Shown here one piece after another: positions 11,770 to 24,330 of a stretch of 64,000 nucleotides of DNA. The DNA is taken from the NCBI GenBank assembly GCA_002269645.1, contig NIVC01001606.1, positions 1 to 64,000 on the forward strand, in the 5' to 3' direction. The translations under genes and the position numbers were made by a program. Below the pieces are notes generated by a model. It had not been told where the DNA came from. It worked only from the letters and a program-made list of their open reading frames with translations, and ran no database searches. The first letter of the stretch is position 1; every line of letters starts with the position of its first letter. This stretch comes from Macrostomum lignano. Taxonomy: Eukaryota.

Positions 11770-13341
11770 TGCAAGAAAGTCTGACTGGCAAATGGCTGCC
11801 TGGCCAACGAAGATCCCATAAAATCGCTGCAAATTTCACACCAGAAGCCAGCAGTGACTGCAGCAACGCCCACCGCCTTAGACAGCCAGTTGAAATGGTA
11901 CACCGAGGCCACAGCGCTGAAGCTCAGCCAGGTGTCGACCAGGTAGGTAGGCTCGCTGTCGCCGCTGAATTGCCATTCGATGCCCAGAGCGTCGAGAGAA
12001 GAAGGATGAACACCCACTGAGCGATACACCTCCGAGATCGATCTTAGCCGTAAAGTTACCGGGCTTGAGTTGTGAGAAGAGGCCGCTAACCGTCTCAAAC
12101 TTAATCTTGTGGTCTGCGATCAAGAGACTGACACATACCGCCCGCTGGTGATCTCACGCTGCAATTTCTCTTCGACCAACGTCTTGTACTCAATAGCCGA
12201 CTAGTAGTTCTCAACTTCGGAAGGCTTAAAATCGGTTTCAGTAGTGAGCGCGAAGCTCCTTCGCCCAGGCATTTGAGTCAAGGGAGCCACTCGGATTGTA
12301 ATTGATGTCGCGAATGGAGTAAAAACTTGTGGTTAAAACTTACGGCTGCCAGCTTGCCGAGGCCACTGGAGCCGCGGCTATTCGTTTTTTGCCGCGTGTT
12401 GCATCTCGCCGTGGTCCGAGCGCAAGCAGACCAGGCACGCATGAGTGTGCTTGTAATTATGGAACTTGCAGCCACCACGGCTGTTGAACTTGAGGCAGAT
12501 GGGCGCTCATTGAACCACCGGAATCTTCCTGTCCAGGCGAGAGCGGGCATGTTGTGGAGTCTGCTGGGGGTGATGAGGTGCCGTGCCACCAGCAAGAAAC
12601 TCGGCCGCGCCCAGTCTTGCATGCCCGCCTGCTGCTCTCGTCGTTGAACTGCGCATGATCCTGTTGGTGTCGAAACCTGCCTCGACCAGCTCACCGATCT
12701 TCACATTGTACTGCAAGTGCTGCCGAACGCCTTCCAGGTCGAGCTGTCTCCTAGAGATCAGGGCGTCGAGGATGCGCGCGTTGCCGACTATCCACTCACC
12801 GATTCAAAGCGATTCGGGTTTAGGCTGATTGGCGGTTGGATGCAGCACCTTTTCCCTGCGACTCGTCGACGCCGTCCGAAGGTCGCAAGCGCAGAAATCC
12901 GCAACAACGAGTGGCGCCGCCCGTAGCCTTGGTTGAGTTACTGAGGGCTCGAGCCTGGCCTCGAAGCCTCTTAGCATACTCGGGATATTCATGTTGCTAC
13001 TACAATCAGAGGGCTCATTAAAAAGCTGATGGTCCACCTCACCTGGTCTAAATCGGCCTTCCAGCTGCTCCTGTCTCCGATTCCAGGCTAGCTATCTTCC
13101 GCCGGAGCTCTGCTAGGTCCAGCGCCTCCCCTGCCTGCAGCCGTTGTTGCTGCTGCTGCCGCCGCCCCGCTTCGCTGTCGGACTCCGCGGAGTTTGAAGT
13201 CACTTGTTCCTGCCGACTAGCTGCTTCGCTCTGGCTCATCGCAATGGAGAGTCTGCTGACCAGGTCTTTCTTAAAGAAGTGCGTGCTCAGGCCCCTATCT
13301 CTCAATTCTTCACGTAGCTGATTTACATTCATCCTGCGCAA
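11770..13341 (-). mobile_element. Degenerate gag/protease-like LTR-retroelement remnant with an N-terminal SAP-like domain
   Basis: MNVNQLREELRDRGLSTHFFKKDLVSRL matches the SAP consensus; LVDTWLSFSAV resembles a retropepsin D-T-G motif; many stops and frameshifts. Confidence 0.45.
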
Positions 13342-13687
13342 ACTGAATAAGTTTGGCTAGCCAAAAATCTCTGAGCAGCCTCAGCACTATCGAACTGAAG
13401 CATCAGTTGGAATGAACTCGGGTCTACAAGTTTGTCAGCCGGATATTTACCAACCAAGAGGGAGGTAAAGAGGGCATTGGGTGCACAAGCGCAGTCAACT
13501 CTACACTTTTCTACTGCACTTTTTGTTTTATAAGTCTACACCGAAATTCGAAAGGCAGATTAGAAAGCCAAGAAGTACCTTATCGTAAGAGAGTATTCTC
13601 ATTTATATCTTCGTCTAAGCTTAACGAATTACGAACTGTTTAAGCGATATCCTGAGCTACCACGGCGTTATTGCAGCAGTTTTGGTC

Positions 13688-15550
13688 ATGTCATCATGTG
13701 GAAGCGAAGCCGACCCCTTGCTTCATAAGAGTGAGGATGAGCAAACTGAAGTTAGACAAACAAGCAGCAGAATGAATGACTTCAAGCTCACCCTCCAGTG
13801 GATAGTGTTCATCATCAGCTTAATGATCTTACCACTGGTGAGTCTATTTCTCATACAAAGAGACAACAACATGGAGAGAGGTGACGAGAATTGTGCTGAC
13901 TTCAAGCTATTATGGTCGGAAATGTTTCGTTTAGTCCTTTTAGTCTTGGCTCTGGCCTTGCTGTCTTCGTTGTTTTATTTGTATCGGTTGTTTAGCAAAA
14001 AGAAGCTTGACAATGTCAGAGTGTCAGTGGAAGGCAAAAATTGGTTGCTTCAAGGGCTCTCATACTGGATTCCTGTGCTGGATAAGCACGCTTCCGTGCC
14101 CTCTACATTCCTGCTAGCCGCCTGCATTTTGCTGGGCCTGTTCGTCGTCGTTGGAAATGGCATAAAATTTATTGACGGTTTTATCCAGCTTATCCACTGC
14201 AGCTCGCATCCAAGTTTCTCGTGGATACTTGACAAGCTTCTAATTCCAATCCTACAAGTCGCGTTTACTATACTGCAGACCATATTCTTTGCATTGTATG
14301 GCAACCAGAGTCCGAATAAATTCTCAATTTTATTCTTTTTTCTAATGGCCAATCTAATCAGCACAAACCTTGTGTCTTGGATATTAAGCGTTAACTCTGA
14401 AGTCTTTGAACAGTTCAGCAATCATTCAACAAGCGAATCGTCTGCATCAGAAAAACTTCTGCCATACATCGTTCCGTTAACCGCTGAATATTCCATTCTC
14501 TGCGCCATTTTCGGCATTTTCTGGGCGATAAACATTCGTCATTTGGCTAAACTATTTCGAGAGCATCGTGTCGCAAATGAAGACGATTTGCAGAGATTGC
14601 TGAGCCAAAATTTGCACGAAAATTTGCACGATCGGGCAGTGGAAACCGACACCGTGGCCCAGTATTGGTGCGGCTTGGGGCTTGGCCTGATCCCACTGAC
14701 AGCTGCTATCATTTACATTTTCTATTTCCGGTCTCTTAACCATATGCAGCAGTACATCTTATTCTACTTTGTTATGATGTTCTTGCACATTGCCAATGCG
14801 TTCCCTTTGATTTATTGTTTTCGAGTTGGCTATCAGAATCCGGAGTCCAATGTTCTAAGACAAAATTTGAATATTTTAGGCAGACTCTTTCTTTGCAGGC
14901 AGCCTCAGAACCCTGCTGATAAACAGAGGCTAAGACGTCACGCAGTGGACATCAATCTATTGTACATAACTGCATATACTGACATATTTTTTACCAATTC
15001 TTTTTTATTGGTATACAACGTTCAGAGCATTATCGATCCCACGCAAGTTAATTTCAATGGTGCACCCGCCAATAACTCCGCTCCATTTGTTGTGGCTCTG
15101 GTAGACCTGCCATTTGGTATAATTGACACCTTCTTGCAATTTGAAGTATTAGCACTGACTCTGGCGTTCGACTGGACAATCCATGACAATTCAAATATTT
15201 ACTGGTTAAAGCAGTGTTCTGTCGCCATGATGCTGATCAACTTGTCAGAGTGGCTGATGTTCACTTTTTCCAGCTTCGTAATGATTTTCGACAGAGATCC
15301 TATCAAGGATTGGACTTCATTTCTTCCACGTGGAGCACAGATCCTATATAGCTTGCCGTACTCAATATTGTACAGATTCCACAGTGTCGGCTGCTTGGAC
15401 GAGATCAGAAGACACCTGCCAAAGTTGGAATTGAGGCAAGATAATACGACCTACATCGAAAGTGTTCGTCTTCTTGATGCTGCTGACAATAACGGAGGAG
15501 ATATTCAAGAAATACCTGATCTACCGGGTCCCTCCAGTACTCCAACTTGA
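13688..15550 (+). CDS. Otop: Otopetrin-like proton channel, copy 2; intact, intronless, about 620 aa
   Basis: Open 622-codon ORF (first ATG at 13688, whose context is conserved with copy 1); many hydrophobic helices; [19 protein letters not shown] and [13 protein letters not shown] motifs. Confidence 0.85.
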   Translation: MSSCGSEADPLLHKSEDEQTEVRQTSSRMNDFKLTLQWIVFIISLMILPLVSLFLIQRDNNMERGDENCADFKLLWSEMFRLVLLVLALALLSSLFYLYRLFSKKKLDNVRVSVEGKNWLLQGLSYWIPVLDKHASVPSTFLLAACILLGLFVVVGNGIKFIDGFIQLIHCSSHPSFSWILDKLLIPILQVAFTILQTIFFALYGNQSPNKFSILFFFLMANLISTNLVSWILSVNSEVFEQFSNHSTSESSASEKLLPYIVPLTAEYSILCAIFGIFWAINIRHLAKLFREHRVANEDDLQRLLSQNLHENLHDRAVETDTVAQYWCGLGLGLIPLTAAIIYIFYFRSLNHMQQYILFYFVMMFLHIANAFPLIYCFRVGYQNPESNVLRQNLNILGRLFLCRQPQNPADKQRLRRHAVDINLLYITAYTDIFFTNSFLLVYNVQSIIDPTQVNFNGAPANNSAPFVVALVDLPFGIIDTFLQFEVLALTLAFDWTIHDNSNIYWLKQCSVAMMLINLSEWLMFTFSSFVMIFDRDPIKDWTSFLPRGAQILYSLPYSILYRFHSVGCLDEIRRHLPKLELRQDNTTYIESVRLLDAADNNGGDIQEIPDLPGPSSTPT

Positions 15551-15554
15551 AGCG

Positions 15555-16585
15555 CCTGCTCATCCGCATCCTCCTTATGCGCCACATCTCGGATCCAGTC
15601 TTGAGCAATGGAGTCTCCTGCTTCTATCAGATCGAAGCGGAGCGCACAAAGCAGAGCGTCGAAGTTCACGAAGAAGTAATTGTCATAGTTTTCCAGCTGA
15701 AGCGGAATAAAATCTGTGACAAACCAATTTCCGATCGGCAGCTCCGGCCGCTTGTCGATGCGAAAGAAGAACTTCCACGCGGAGTCTCGGCTCCTCAGGT
15801 GCCCCCACACCAAGTCTGCAGTCGCCTCACTCGCCGACCTCTCAGCGGACCAGTCGATGCCTCTGCTCGCGCTGAACTGCCTGCAGTCGCTTACGACTCC
15901 CGCTGCAGCCTCTTGGTCGCCGAATTTCAGGCAGCTCAGCGCTCTGAGAGACTCTCTCGCCGAGCGGGCGCAGTCTGGCAGCTTGCCGATCAGCTCCGAG
16001 AGACGCTGTCGGGACTCTGGGCTTCGGTCTCCGTCTGACACTCCGAGAAGCGACTCTCTCACAATGCTGTAGATCTCGTGGTACTCACAGGTCTTCGATG
16101 CTGACACTGGAGCTGGGAAGTCCATGATTGGCAGAATGAGAAACGGGTGGAAGTGGAATCGGCCCGAGTCGGTGACGGGTCGCAGGCTGTGCTCGAACTC
16201 CAGCAGCAGCTCAGGCAGCCTATCGATCGCCTCTCGAACTGCATCGGCTGCCTCATTCAACGCTCGAGTCGCCTTCTCAGCTGATGTGGTGTCCACGCCT
16301 CTCAGGTACACAGCGGCATCGCCAAGGAAGAAGTGGTCCATGATCCTGGCGTCAGGTCTGCCTGATCTGCAGTCGCTCTCGAGCATCTTCAGCGAGCGTC
16401 TGGTGAGACTCACGAGATTCCGAGCCTCGTTCCACTGCTCAGCCGGTGTTTGCTCGAGTATTCGGACGCGATGGTCTTTGCGTGATACGACTTGAAGCCG
16501 TTGTGTCGGACGGCCTTCTTCAGCAGCCACTTGAGCGTGACGAACAGCTGGCCCTGCAGAGTGGTGAGACTCCGCAGCAGCCGGT
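15555..16585 (-). pseudogene. cGLR/Mab-21 exon-3 fragment C, truncated at both ends, 1-nt frameshift
   Basis: Near-identical to exon 3 of copies A and B ([20 protein letters not shown] ... EDADEQ); bounded by the otopetrin stop codon and the RTE 3' half. Confidence 0.9.
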
Positions 16586-16587
16586 CC

Positions 16588-17249
16588 TGACGTGCCGCGG
16601 CGCAGACGGGCAGATGACAAAGCTCGTACGCTGCCAGCGGTTCACCTACCTCGGCGGTCTGGTGCCCCACGTGGAAGAGGACCTACGGTGGCGCAGAGGA
16701 CTTGCCTGGGCGGCCTTTCGCTCGATCCGAGCCGTCCTCCAGTCCGAAGCGCTGCCCGACCGCCAGAGGGCTCGGCTGTGGCAGGCGGTGGTCGAAACCG
16801 TCCTGCTATACAACGCCGAGACGTGGACGCTGACGGCTACGCTAGAGCGGCAGCTGGACTCGGTGCAGTCAGGGCTGCTCCGTGCGGCCTTTCGAGTTGA
16901 CGAGAGCTTCGGGACCGAGGCCCTGTACGATCGGGCCAAGCTGCAGCGCCCGTCCACCATCCTTCGCCGGCGGCGACCTCAACTGGCGGGTCATGTGATC
17001 CGGGCCGAGGGCTACTGCCCCCAACCTGTTCAGGACGCCTTGCTGCTCACCTTGCAGGGCCCGTTCAGGCGGGGTCAGGCCCGAACCCGTCGATACGTGC
17101 ACTGCCTGCTGTGCGATGCTGGGGGGCCCGACACTGCCAACGGAGCGGACTTCGTTCGCTCCCAGGCTCTGCAGCGCGCCATCTGACGCGCCCTGCTCTA
17201 ACTGTGACCTTGAATGCGGGGTCGCGTACTTTGTTGTTGTTGTTGTTGT
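16588..17249 (+). mobile_element. RTE-like non-LTR retrotransposon, 3' half with (GTT)n tail
   Basis: FTYLG, VETVLLYNAETWTL, LAGHVIR; stop at 17186, short 3' UTR, (TTG)n tail, then TCACAGAGCCA (17249-17259). Confidence 0.88.
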
Positions 17250-17848
17250 CACAGAGCCAGGAGCTCAGCAGAGACCCGAGCGCTCGCAGCCTCAACTCTC
17301 AGATCGAACTCACAATCGATGAGAACTGCTCAATGCTAAACTGGCAGCCCCTCCCCAACTTATTGATCAGCCGTGAAACTGCGAATGCAATTCATACAGT
17401 AAGAAGCAGTCACTGAGCTGCCCAGAGTCCCTTCAGCTGCAATCGCCACCAAGTCAGCATTTTCAAGTCTTGCATTCACTGGGAGAGCTCAGGAAATGCA
17501 GCAGAACCCTGCCTCGGTCTGAGGATAAAAATAATTGATTTTTTAGCAGCCGAACGGTTCGGGCAGAGAAGAAGGGCTGAGAAATGAACTCAGCTCGGTA
17601 ATTCTTTAACATTTGGAAAAATTAGTAAAGACCATTGAGTCAGCGCAGCCACCTGCTGTGATAATTGACTGAGAAATTGCAGACTGGCTTTAGAGGTGAG
17701 AAATGGCTCCGCAGCTCACGGCATTGAGTGCCAATCAATATTTAGCGATCGATATTGGGGTGGGTGGAGCTGATGAATCACAGCGTGCCGTTCGTCCGTT
17801 GAGAAGAGCTCAGCTAACCTGCCACCTGAGGAATGTGAGCGTCATATC

Positions 17849-17862
17849 GTTTCCCTAGCAAC
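17849..17862. promoter_or_regulatory. X-box-like motif GTTTCCCTAGCAAC (also at 32039-32052)
   Basis: Fits GTNRCC/GTTNCC-N2-RGYAAC. Confidence 0.35.
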
Positions 17863-17934
17863 TGGGAGAACTCCGCAGGTGTGATCGAGGAAAACGTTTT
17901 TTTCACTAATTCTCAAAGCTCAGCAGCTCAGTGT

Positions 17935-18320
17935 TAGTTTTGCATAGCAACCGCTCAGATACACATGGAGACAGCAGCAGTTTTGCATAGCAACCGCTAA
18001 GATACACATGGAGACAGCAGCAGTTTTGCATAGCAACCGCTCAGATAGACATAGAGACAGCAGCAGTTTTGCATAGCAACCGCTCAGATACACATAGAGA
18101 CAGCAGCAGTTTTGCATAGCAACAGCTCAGATACACATGGAGACAGCAGCAGTTTTGCATAGCAACCGCTCAGATACACATAGAGACAGCAGCAGTTTTG
18201 CATAGCAACAGCTCAGATACACATGGAGACAGCAGCAGTTTTGCATAGCAACAGCTCAGATACACATGGAGACAGCAGCAGTTTTGCATAGCAACAGCTC
18301 AGATACACACGGAGACAGCA
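17935..18320. repeat. 43-bp minisatellite (about 9 copies) containing GTTTTGCATAGCAAC
   Basis: Period of 43 measured from recurrences of GAGACAG; about 4 copies in unit B (32080-32250). Confidence 0.9.
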
Positions 18321-18405
18321 GGACCCGTCAGATCCGGGATGCTTACACCAGTCTTCCCGTTTCCATGACGTCGGCATCATCGAGCTGCCGGTCTCCTGCC
18401 TGCAG

Positions 18406-18833
18406 GGCCGACGAGCTGCCCGACGGTCAGGACTTCATCGCCGTCACCGTCACCAGCCGCGGCCTCCTGCGGCTGGACTGCGACTTCACCGTCGGCTCCG
18501 CGCAGCTGCTGACGGCGCTGGAGGCGTCGCTGCAGTCGCCCAGAATCGACGACGGCTTGGGACGTCGGTTTCGACTGGTCGCTCGGCGTCGAAAGTCCGA
18601 CATTGAGCTGCAGATGCTCGTCAAGGAGAGCGCCGCGGCCTCTGCGACGCGGCGTCGGCTTCGTCGGCGGCCTGCCGGACGGCGGCGCCCTGGCGGCCTC
18701 GATGTCGGCGACTGCGGCCGGTCGACTCAGCGACTTCCGGGGCTGCCTGTGGAGTCTGCGGATGCAGAGCTCCGCGCCGGTGAACTTCATGGCCGAGAGT
18801 CTGCGGGGACTGGGCGTTGAGCAGTGCAGCTGA
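18406..18833 (+). pseudogene. Laminin-G domain terminal exon, frameshifted (copy A)
   Basis: DFIAVTV..GLLRLDCDF.VG...IDDG..RFRLVARR, then in the +1 frame FVGGLP...FRGCLWSL...GVEQC*; acceptor CTCCTGCCTGCAG|G at 18405/18406. Confidence 0.65.
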
Positions 18834-19214
18834 TGGAGAGCCGAGAGTCTGCGGGGACTGAGCGTTGAGCAGTGCAGCTGATGGAGAGCTGAGAGTCTGC
18901 GGGGGACTCAGAGCTCTCACTCCCAGCTGCAGAACTGGCCCAGCAGTTCAGGGACAGACTTTATAAAATTGAGTTTTGCTGCTCATTGTACTTTTATGCC
19001 AACCCATTTTGCTTGATTGTACTGTAATTAAAAACATAAATTTTCAATATTTTGCACCTGTTTCCTCATACGGTTCAGCTCTTCATCCCTCAAGCAGCCT
19101 TCAATTCTGTCAAAAATATCAGCGATGCCATCTGACCGGATGCTGAGCCCCCTGACCCGAATTCCTGGCGCAATTGTGAGCAATTTTGTTATAATCAGCC
19201 ACTGTGCGCATGTG

Positions 19215-19595
19215 GTCAATGGAGTAGCACTCTGAATGGAGTAGCACTCTGAATGGAGTAGCACTCTGAATGGAGTAGCACTCTGAATGGAGTAGCACTC
19301 TGAATAGAGTAGCACTCTGAATGGAGTAGCATTCTGAATGGAGTAGCACTCTGAATGGAGTAGCATTCTGAATGGAGTAGCACTCTGAATGGAGTAGCAC
19401 TCTGAATGGAGTAGCACTCTGAATGGAGTAGCATTCTGAATGGAGTAGCACTCTGAATGGAGTAGCATTCTGAATGGAGTAGCACTCTGAATGGAGTAGC
19501 ACTCTGAATGGAGTAGCACTCTGAATGGAGTAGGACTCTGAATGGAGTAGCACTCTGAATGGAGTAGCACTCTGAATGAAGTAGCACTCTGATAA
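19215..19595. repeat. 17-bp minisatellite (TGGAGTAGCACTCTGAA)n
   Basis: Direct periodicity; paralog at 33152-33530. Confidence 0.96.
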
Positions 19596-19803
19596 ATGGA
19601 GCATCACTCTTGTACACGTACTGTAAAAGTGCATGAATGAACTCAAGTCTTGCGTCATCAATTAGCCTAGGATGCAGCAGTCACTGGTGCGCAACTCAAA
19701 GTGTAAATAAAATGCTCATTTATCACAGACTACTGTTAGTAGGATTGGACGAAACCTCCTTCCGGCACAATGTAACAAACTGCTATTATTCGAGTTGTTA
19801 ATC

Positions 19804-19817
19804 GTTACCATGGCAAC
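19804..19817. promoter_or_regulatory. RFX X-box upstream of ANK-cGLR copy A
   Basis: GTTACCATGGCAAC, a canonical near-palindromic X-box. Confidence 0.6.
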
Positions 19818-20760
19818 CCATATCCTGGCTTTGCGATGTACACAGGCAGTAGAAAACTTCTCATAACCTGCTCCCGACCAAAAGGTATTTGAAAAAAATT
19901 TGTCACAAAGAGAGACGGGAGCCCCGGTGCGGGCCCTCCTAGAATCCGCTTAGGGCCATTTTATCAAAATATTGTGAGCCCTAGTAAATAAACTAATGGG
20001 AAACCTCGGTCATTTGATTGTGAGATAGCACAAATGCCACGATGTCCTCGTATGGCACCTCACTGGCGCCTGACTGCTTCCGTAGCGCATCACTTCCTCG
20101 CTGGCGCCTCACTACACCATGATTTTGGCTAGTGTTTTAAGTGATTTTTCACCTAGCGATTAAATTACATTTTGCATTTTGCATCAATTGCATTCTGCAA
20201 CGGTCTGAGCTATTCGTGGATTTAAACTGGAAACTCTGACTCAGGGACTACTCAAACACCGGGACGGGAAACTAGGAATTTTTTACGAGGCTGGTCTTTT
20301 ATCAGCAGTAGAAAATAACCATAGACAACAAAGTAACACAGCATCTCTCTAATGCAAATAATTGCCAGCCAGCCTCGTAAAAAATTTTAGTTTCCCGTCC
20401 CGGTGTTTGAGTAGTCCCTGCTCTGACTGAATTTATTCGTGCAGAAGCCGCGTCTCTGCCAGCTGCAGGCATTCTCTCATTTACCACAGCAGTTTCCAAT
20501 TTTTGCAGCTCGCTCCCACAGATATTACTGAGCAGCACTGGGCAGCAGTTCGCGAATGAAGTTGAGAACCGCGCGAAGCTGATTGGCTCTCAGCAGCAAA
20601 AGCCTTCAGCACTGGGGTTAAAATGGACAGCAGCTCGCTCTGAGTGCACTTGGAGAAATCCGAGTGAGCTCCGAAACAAGGACGACTTGAGTACTAATTA
20701 TTTCTTTCTTCTAAGCATCTTAAGTACTTTCTTCAGGCATTCCTTGCTTCGAAATCTGAC

Positions 20761-22370
20761 ATGGGATTTCTGCAGCGACTCTTCAGCGCGGTGGCCGCCT
20801 GCTGCTTGCGGGTTTTCGGCCGCAGGGCGAGCCGGGATGCCGCAGCCGAGCCCATAGATGAAGAGCTCTTTGAGGCGATTGAAGCGGACCGCCTGCAGGC
20901 GGTGGAGAACTTCGTTGCCAGTGGGAGGAGTGTCGACACGATTCTGACTTGGAGAGGAAGTGAGTGCACACCGCTGATGTGGGCTTGCTACCTGAGCAGA
21001 ATCGGCATCTTGGCGAGGCTGATTCGAGAGAGTGTTGATGTCAACAAACAGAACAGTGAGGGATTCTCGGCAGTGCATATTGGATGTCAACAAGGCCATC
21101 GTGAGGCTGTCGATTTACTAATTCAAGCACGAGCCGACGTCAATCTTCAACGAAACACTGGCTCGTCACCTCTCTACATTGCATCACAAAATGGCCACCA
21201 TGAGGTAGTCGATCGACTCCTCAAAGCACGAGCCGACGTCAATCTTCAAGAGAAGGTCAGTGGCTCGTCACCTCTCTACATTGCATCACAAAATGGCCAC
21301 CATGAGGTAGTCGATCGACTCCTCAAAGCACGAGCCGACGTCAATCTTCAAGAGAAGGTCAGTGGCTCGTCACCTCTCTACATTGCATCACAAAATGGCC
21401 ACCATGAGGTAGTCGATCGACTCCTCAAAGCACGAGCCGACGTCAATCTTCAACGAAACACTGGCTCGTCACCTCTCTACATTGCATCACAAAATGGCCA
21501 CCATGAGGTAGTCGATCGACTCCTCAAAGCACGAGCCGACGTCAATCTTCAAGAGAAGGTCAGTGGCTCGTCACCTCTCTACATTGCATCACAAAATGGC
21601 CACCATGAGGTAGTCGATCGACTCCTCAAAGCACGAGCCGACGTCAATCTTCAACGAAACACTGGCGAGTCACCTCTCTACATTGCATCACAAAATGGCC
21701 ACCATGAGGTAGTCGATCGACTCCTCAAAGCACGAGCCGACGTCAATCTTCAACGAAACACTGGCTCGTCACCTCTCTACATTGCATCACAGCAAGGCCA
21801 CCATGAGGTAGTCGATCGACTCCTCAAAGCACGAGCCGACGTCAATCTTCAACTCAACACTGGCGAGTCACCTCTCTACATTGCATCACAAAATGGCCAC
21901 CATGAGGTAGTCGATCGACTCCTCAAAGCACGAGCCGACGTCAATCTTCAACGAAACACTGGCTCGTCACCTCTCTACATTGCATCACAAAATGGCCACC
22001 ATGAGGTAGTCGATCGACTCCTCAAAGCACGAGCCGACGTCAATCTTCAACGAAACACTGGCTCGTCACCTCTCTACATTGCATCACAAAATGGCCACCA
22101 TGAGGTAGTCGATCGACTCCTCAAAGCACGAGCCGACGTCAATCTTCAAGGAAACACTGGCTCGTCACCTCTCTACATTGCGGCACAAAACGACCACCAT
22201 CACGTGGTTGAGTCACTTCTCAAGGCCTCCGCTTTGGCTGGATCTCGAGAGTCACTTCAGTCTGCTCTCAGCCGTGCCATCGAGTTCCGCAGTGAGCGAT
22301 CTGCCCAAATTCTGCACCGTGCGCTGACGGGCGATGAGCGACCGAATTCGGTCCGAGAGGCTGCAGACAG
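20761..22370 (+). CDS. ANK-cGLR copy A, coding exon 1: ankyrin array (2 divergent, 10 near-identical and 1 terminal repeat)
   Basis: 33/34-aa SPLYIASxxGHHEVVDRLLKARADVNLQ units; the ORF stop lies inside the donor CAG|GTGAGC (22370/22371), phase 2. Confidence 0.9.
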
Positions 22371-22957
22371 GTGAGCGAGCGCTTCTGAGCAACTTGGTTA
22401 CTCAACTTGGTGACTACTTTAATTCAAAATTGGTGTTCATGTATATCAATTAGGTTTCCATTCCAAGCAGCAGGTGTCTGTATCAAGGTACCTGGCAGAG
22501 TTTTGTAAAGAATCCATTTTGAATGGCGGGATTTGCAGATCACTCGGTTGCTAGATGATGATGAAACACAAATACACCTTACTTATGGGAATTTTATTTC
22601 ATTTGAATTGAGTGTCGAGTAGCTGAGCTGCTCACTGAAGCTCTGATCTTGCAGCTGCAGAGGCGGCAGCGGGAAAAACTGAAGTCTGAACTAAAGCTTA
22701 AACTCTGCAGATTTTGTCACTGATTGAGTGGCAGAGAGTCTGAGGGGATCAAACACAGTTGCGGTTCTCGTACTCAGTTTTCCCTCCTCCCATCTAGATT
22801 GTTCCTCATGAGCCTTTTGAGCAGTCAAGCTTGAGCAGATTTCCATGCCACTCTCTGGGGTACGAATTGAGTTTTCGATAAGTTCCTCATGAAACATGCA
22901 TCTGATCTCAGCCAATCATAGTGAATCACAGCAGCTCCCACTCCTCCCATCATCCAG

Positions 22958-23307
22958 ACTTGCTCCCAGCGACAATGACCTCAGCCAGCAGCTGCACTCA
23001 GCGCTGACCCGCTCGGGATTCGTGGACTCCAGAGCCGCCTTGCAGAGCGCCGCGGCTGATGTCCTGCAGGATGTTCTGAGGAGAAGACTGAATGATGATG
23101 AAATTTTCGTGGTGGGCAGCTTTTCAGAGGGCTGGGGCAACAGCCTGGTCACTCTGGATGGCAGAACTGGCATCGAGTCCGACATTGACGTGATTAGGCT
23201 ATTTGGAAGAAGTCTGATTCACCCGATCGATCTGTGCGAGTGCACTGGAGTGACGACTCAGACAAAAGTGGAGTACCGCAACGGACACGTCTTGAGTCCC
23301 GGATACG
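22958..23307 (+). CDS. ANK-cGLR copy A, exon 2: nucleotidyltransferase N-terminal core
   Basis: Acceptor CTCCCACTCCTCCCATCATCCAG|A (phase 2, in frame); [10 protein letters not shown]...ESDIDV (GS...DxD); donor TACG|GTGAGA, phase 1. Confidence 0.85.
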
Positions 23308-23324
23308 GTGAGAGACAGCCTGTC

Positions 23325-24330
<1,006 letters not shown>

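Noticed and set aside
15505-16620. Intact 371-aa minus-strand gene
   Set aside because: Chimeric ORF: N-terminus from the antisense of the LINE, a frameshifted cGLR fragment, and C-terminus from antisense otopetrin.
3139-17249. RT next to cGLR as a retron/CBASS-like defence pair
   Set aside because: The RT pieces are a broken RTE-like LINE with an APE domain, simple-repeat tail and TSD.
21130-22200. CRISPR-like pattern of constant repeats with short variable inserts
   Set aside because: Period is 99/102 nt in a coding frame, the variable parts recur and encode ankyrin loops, there are no cas genes, and the context is eukaryotic.
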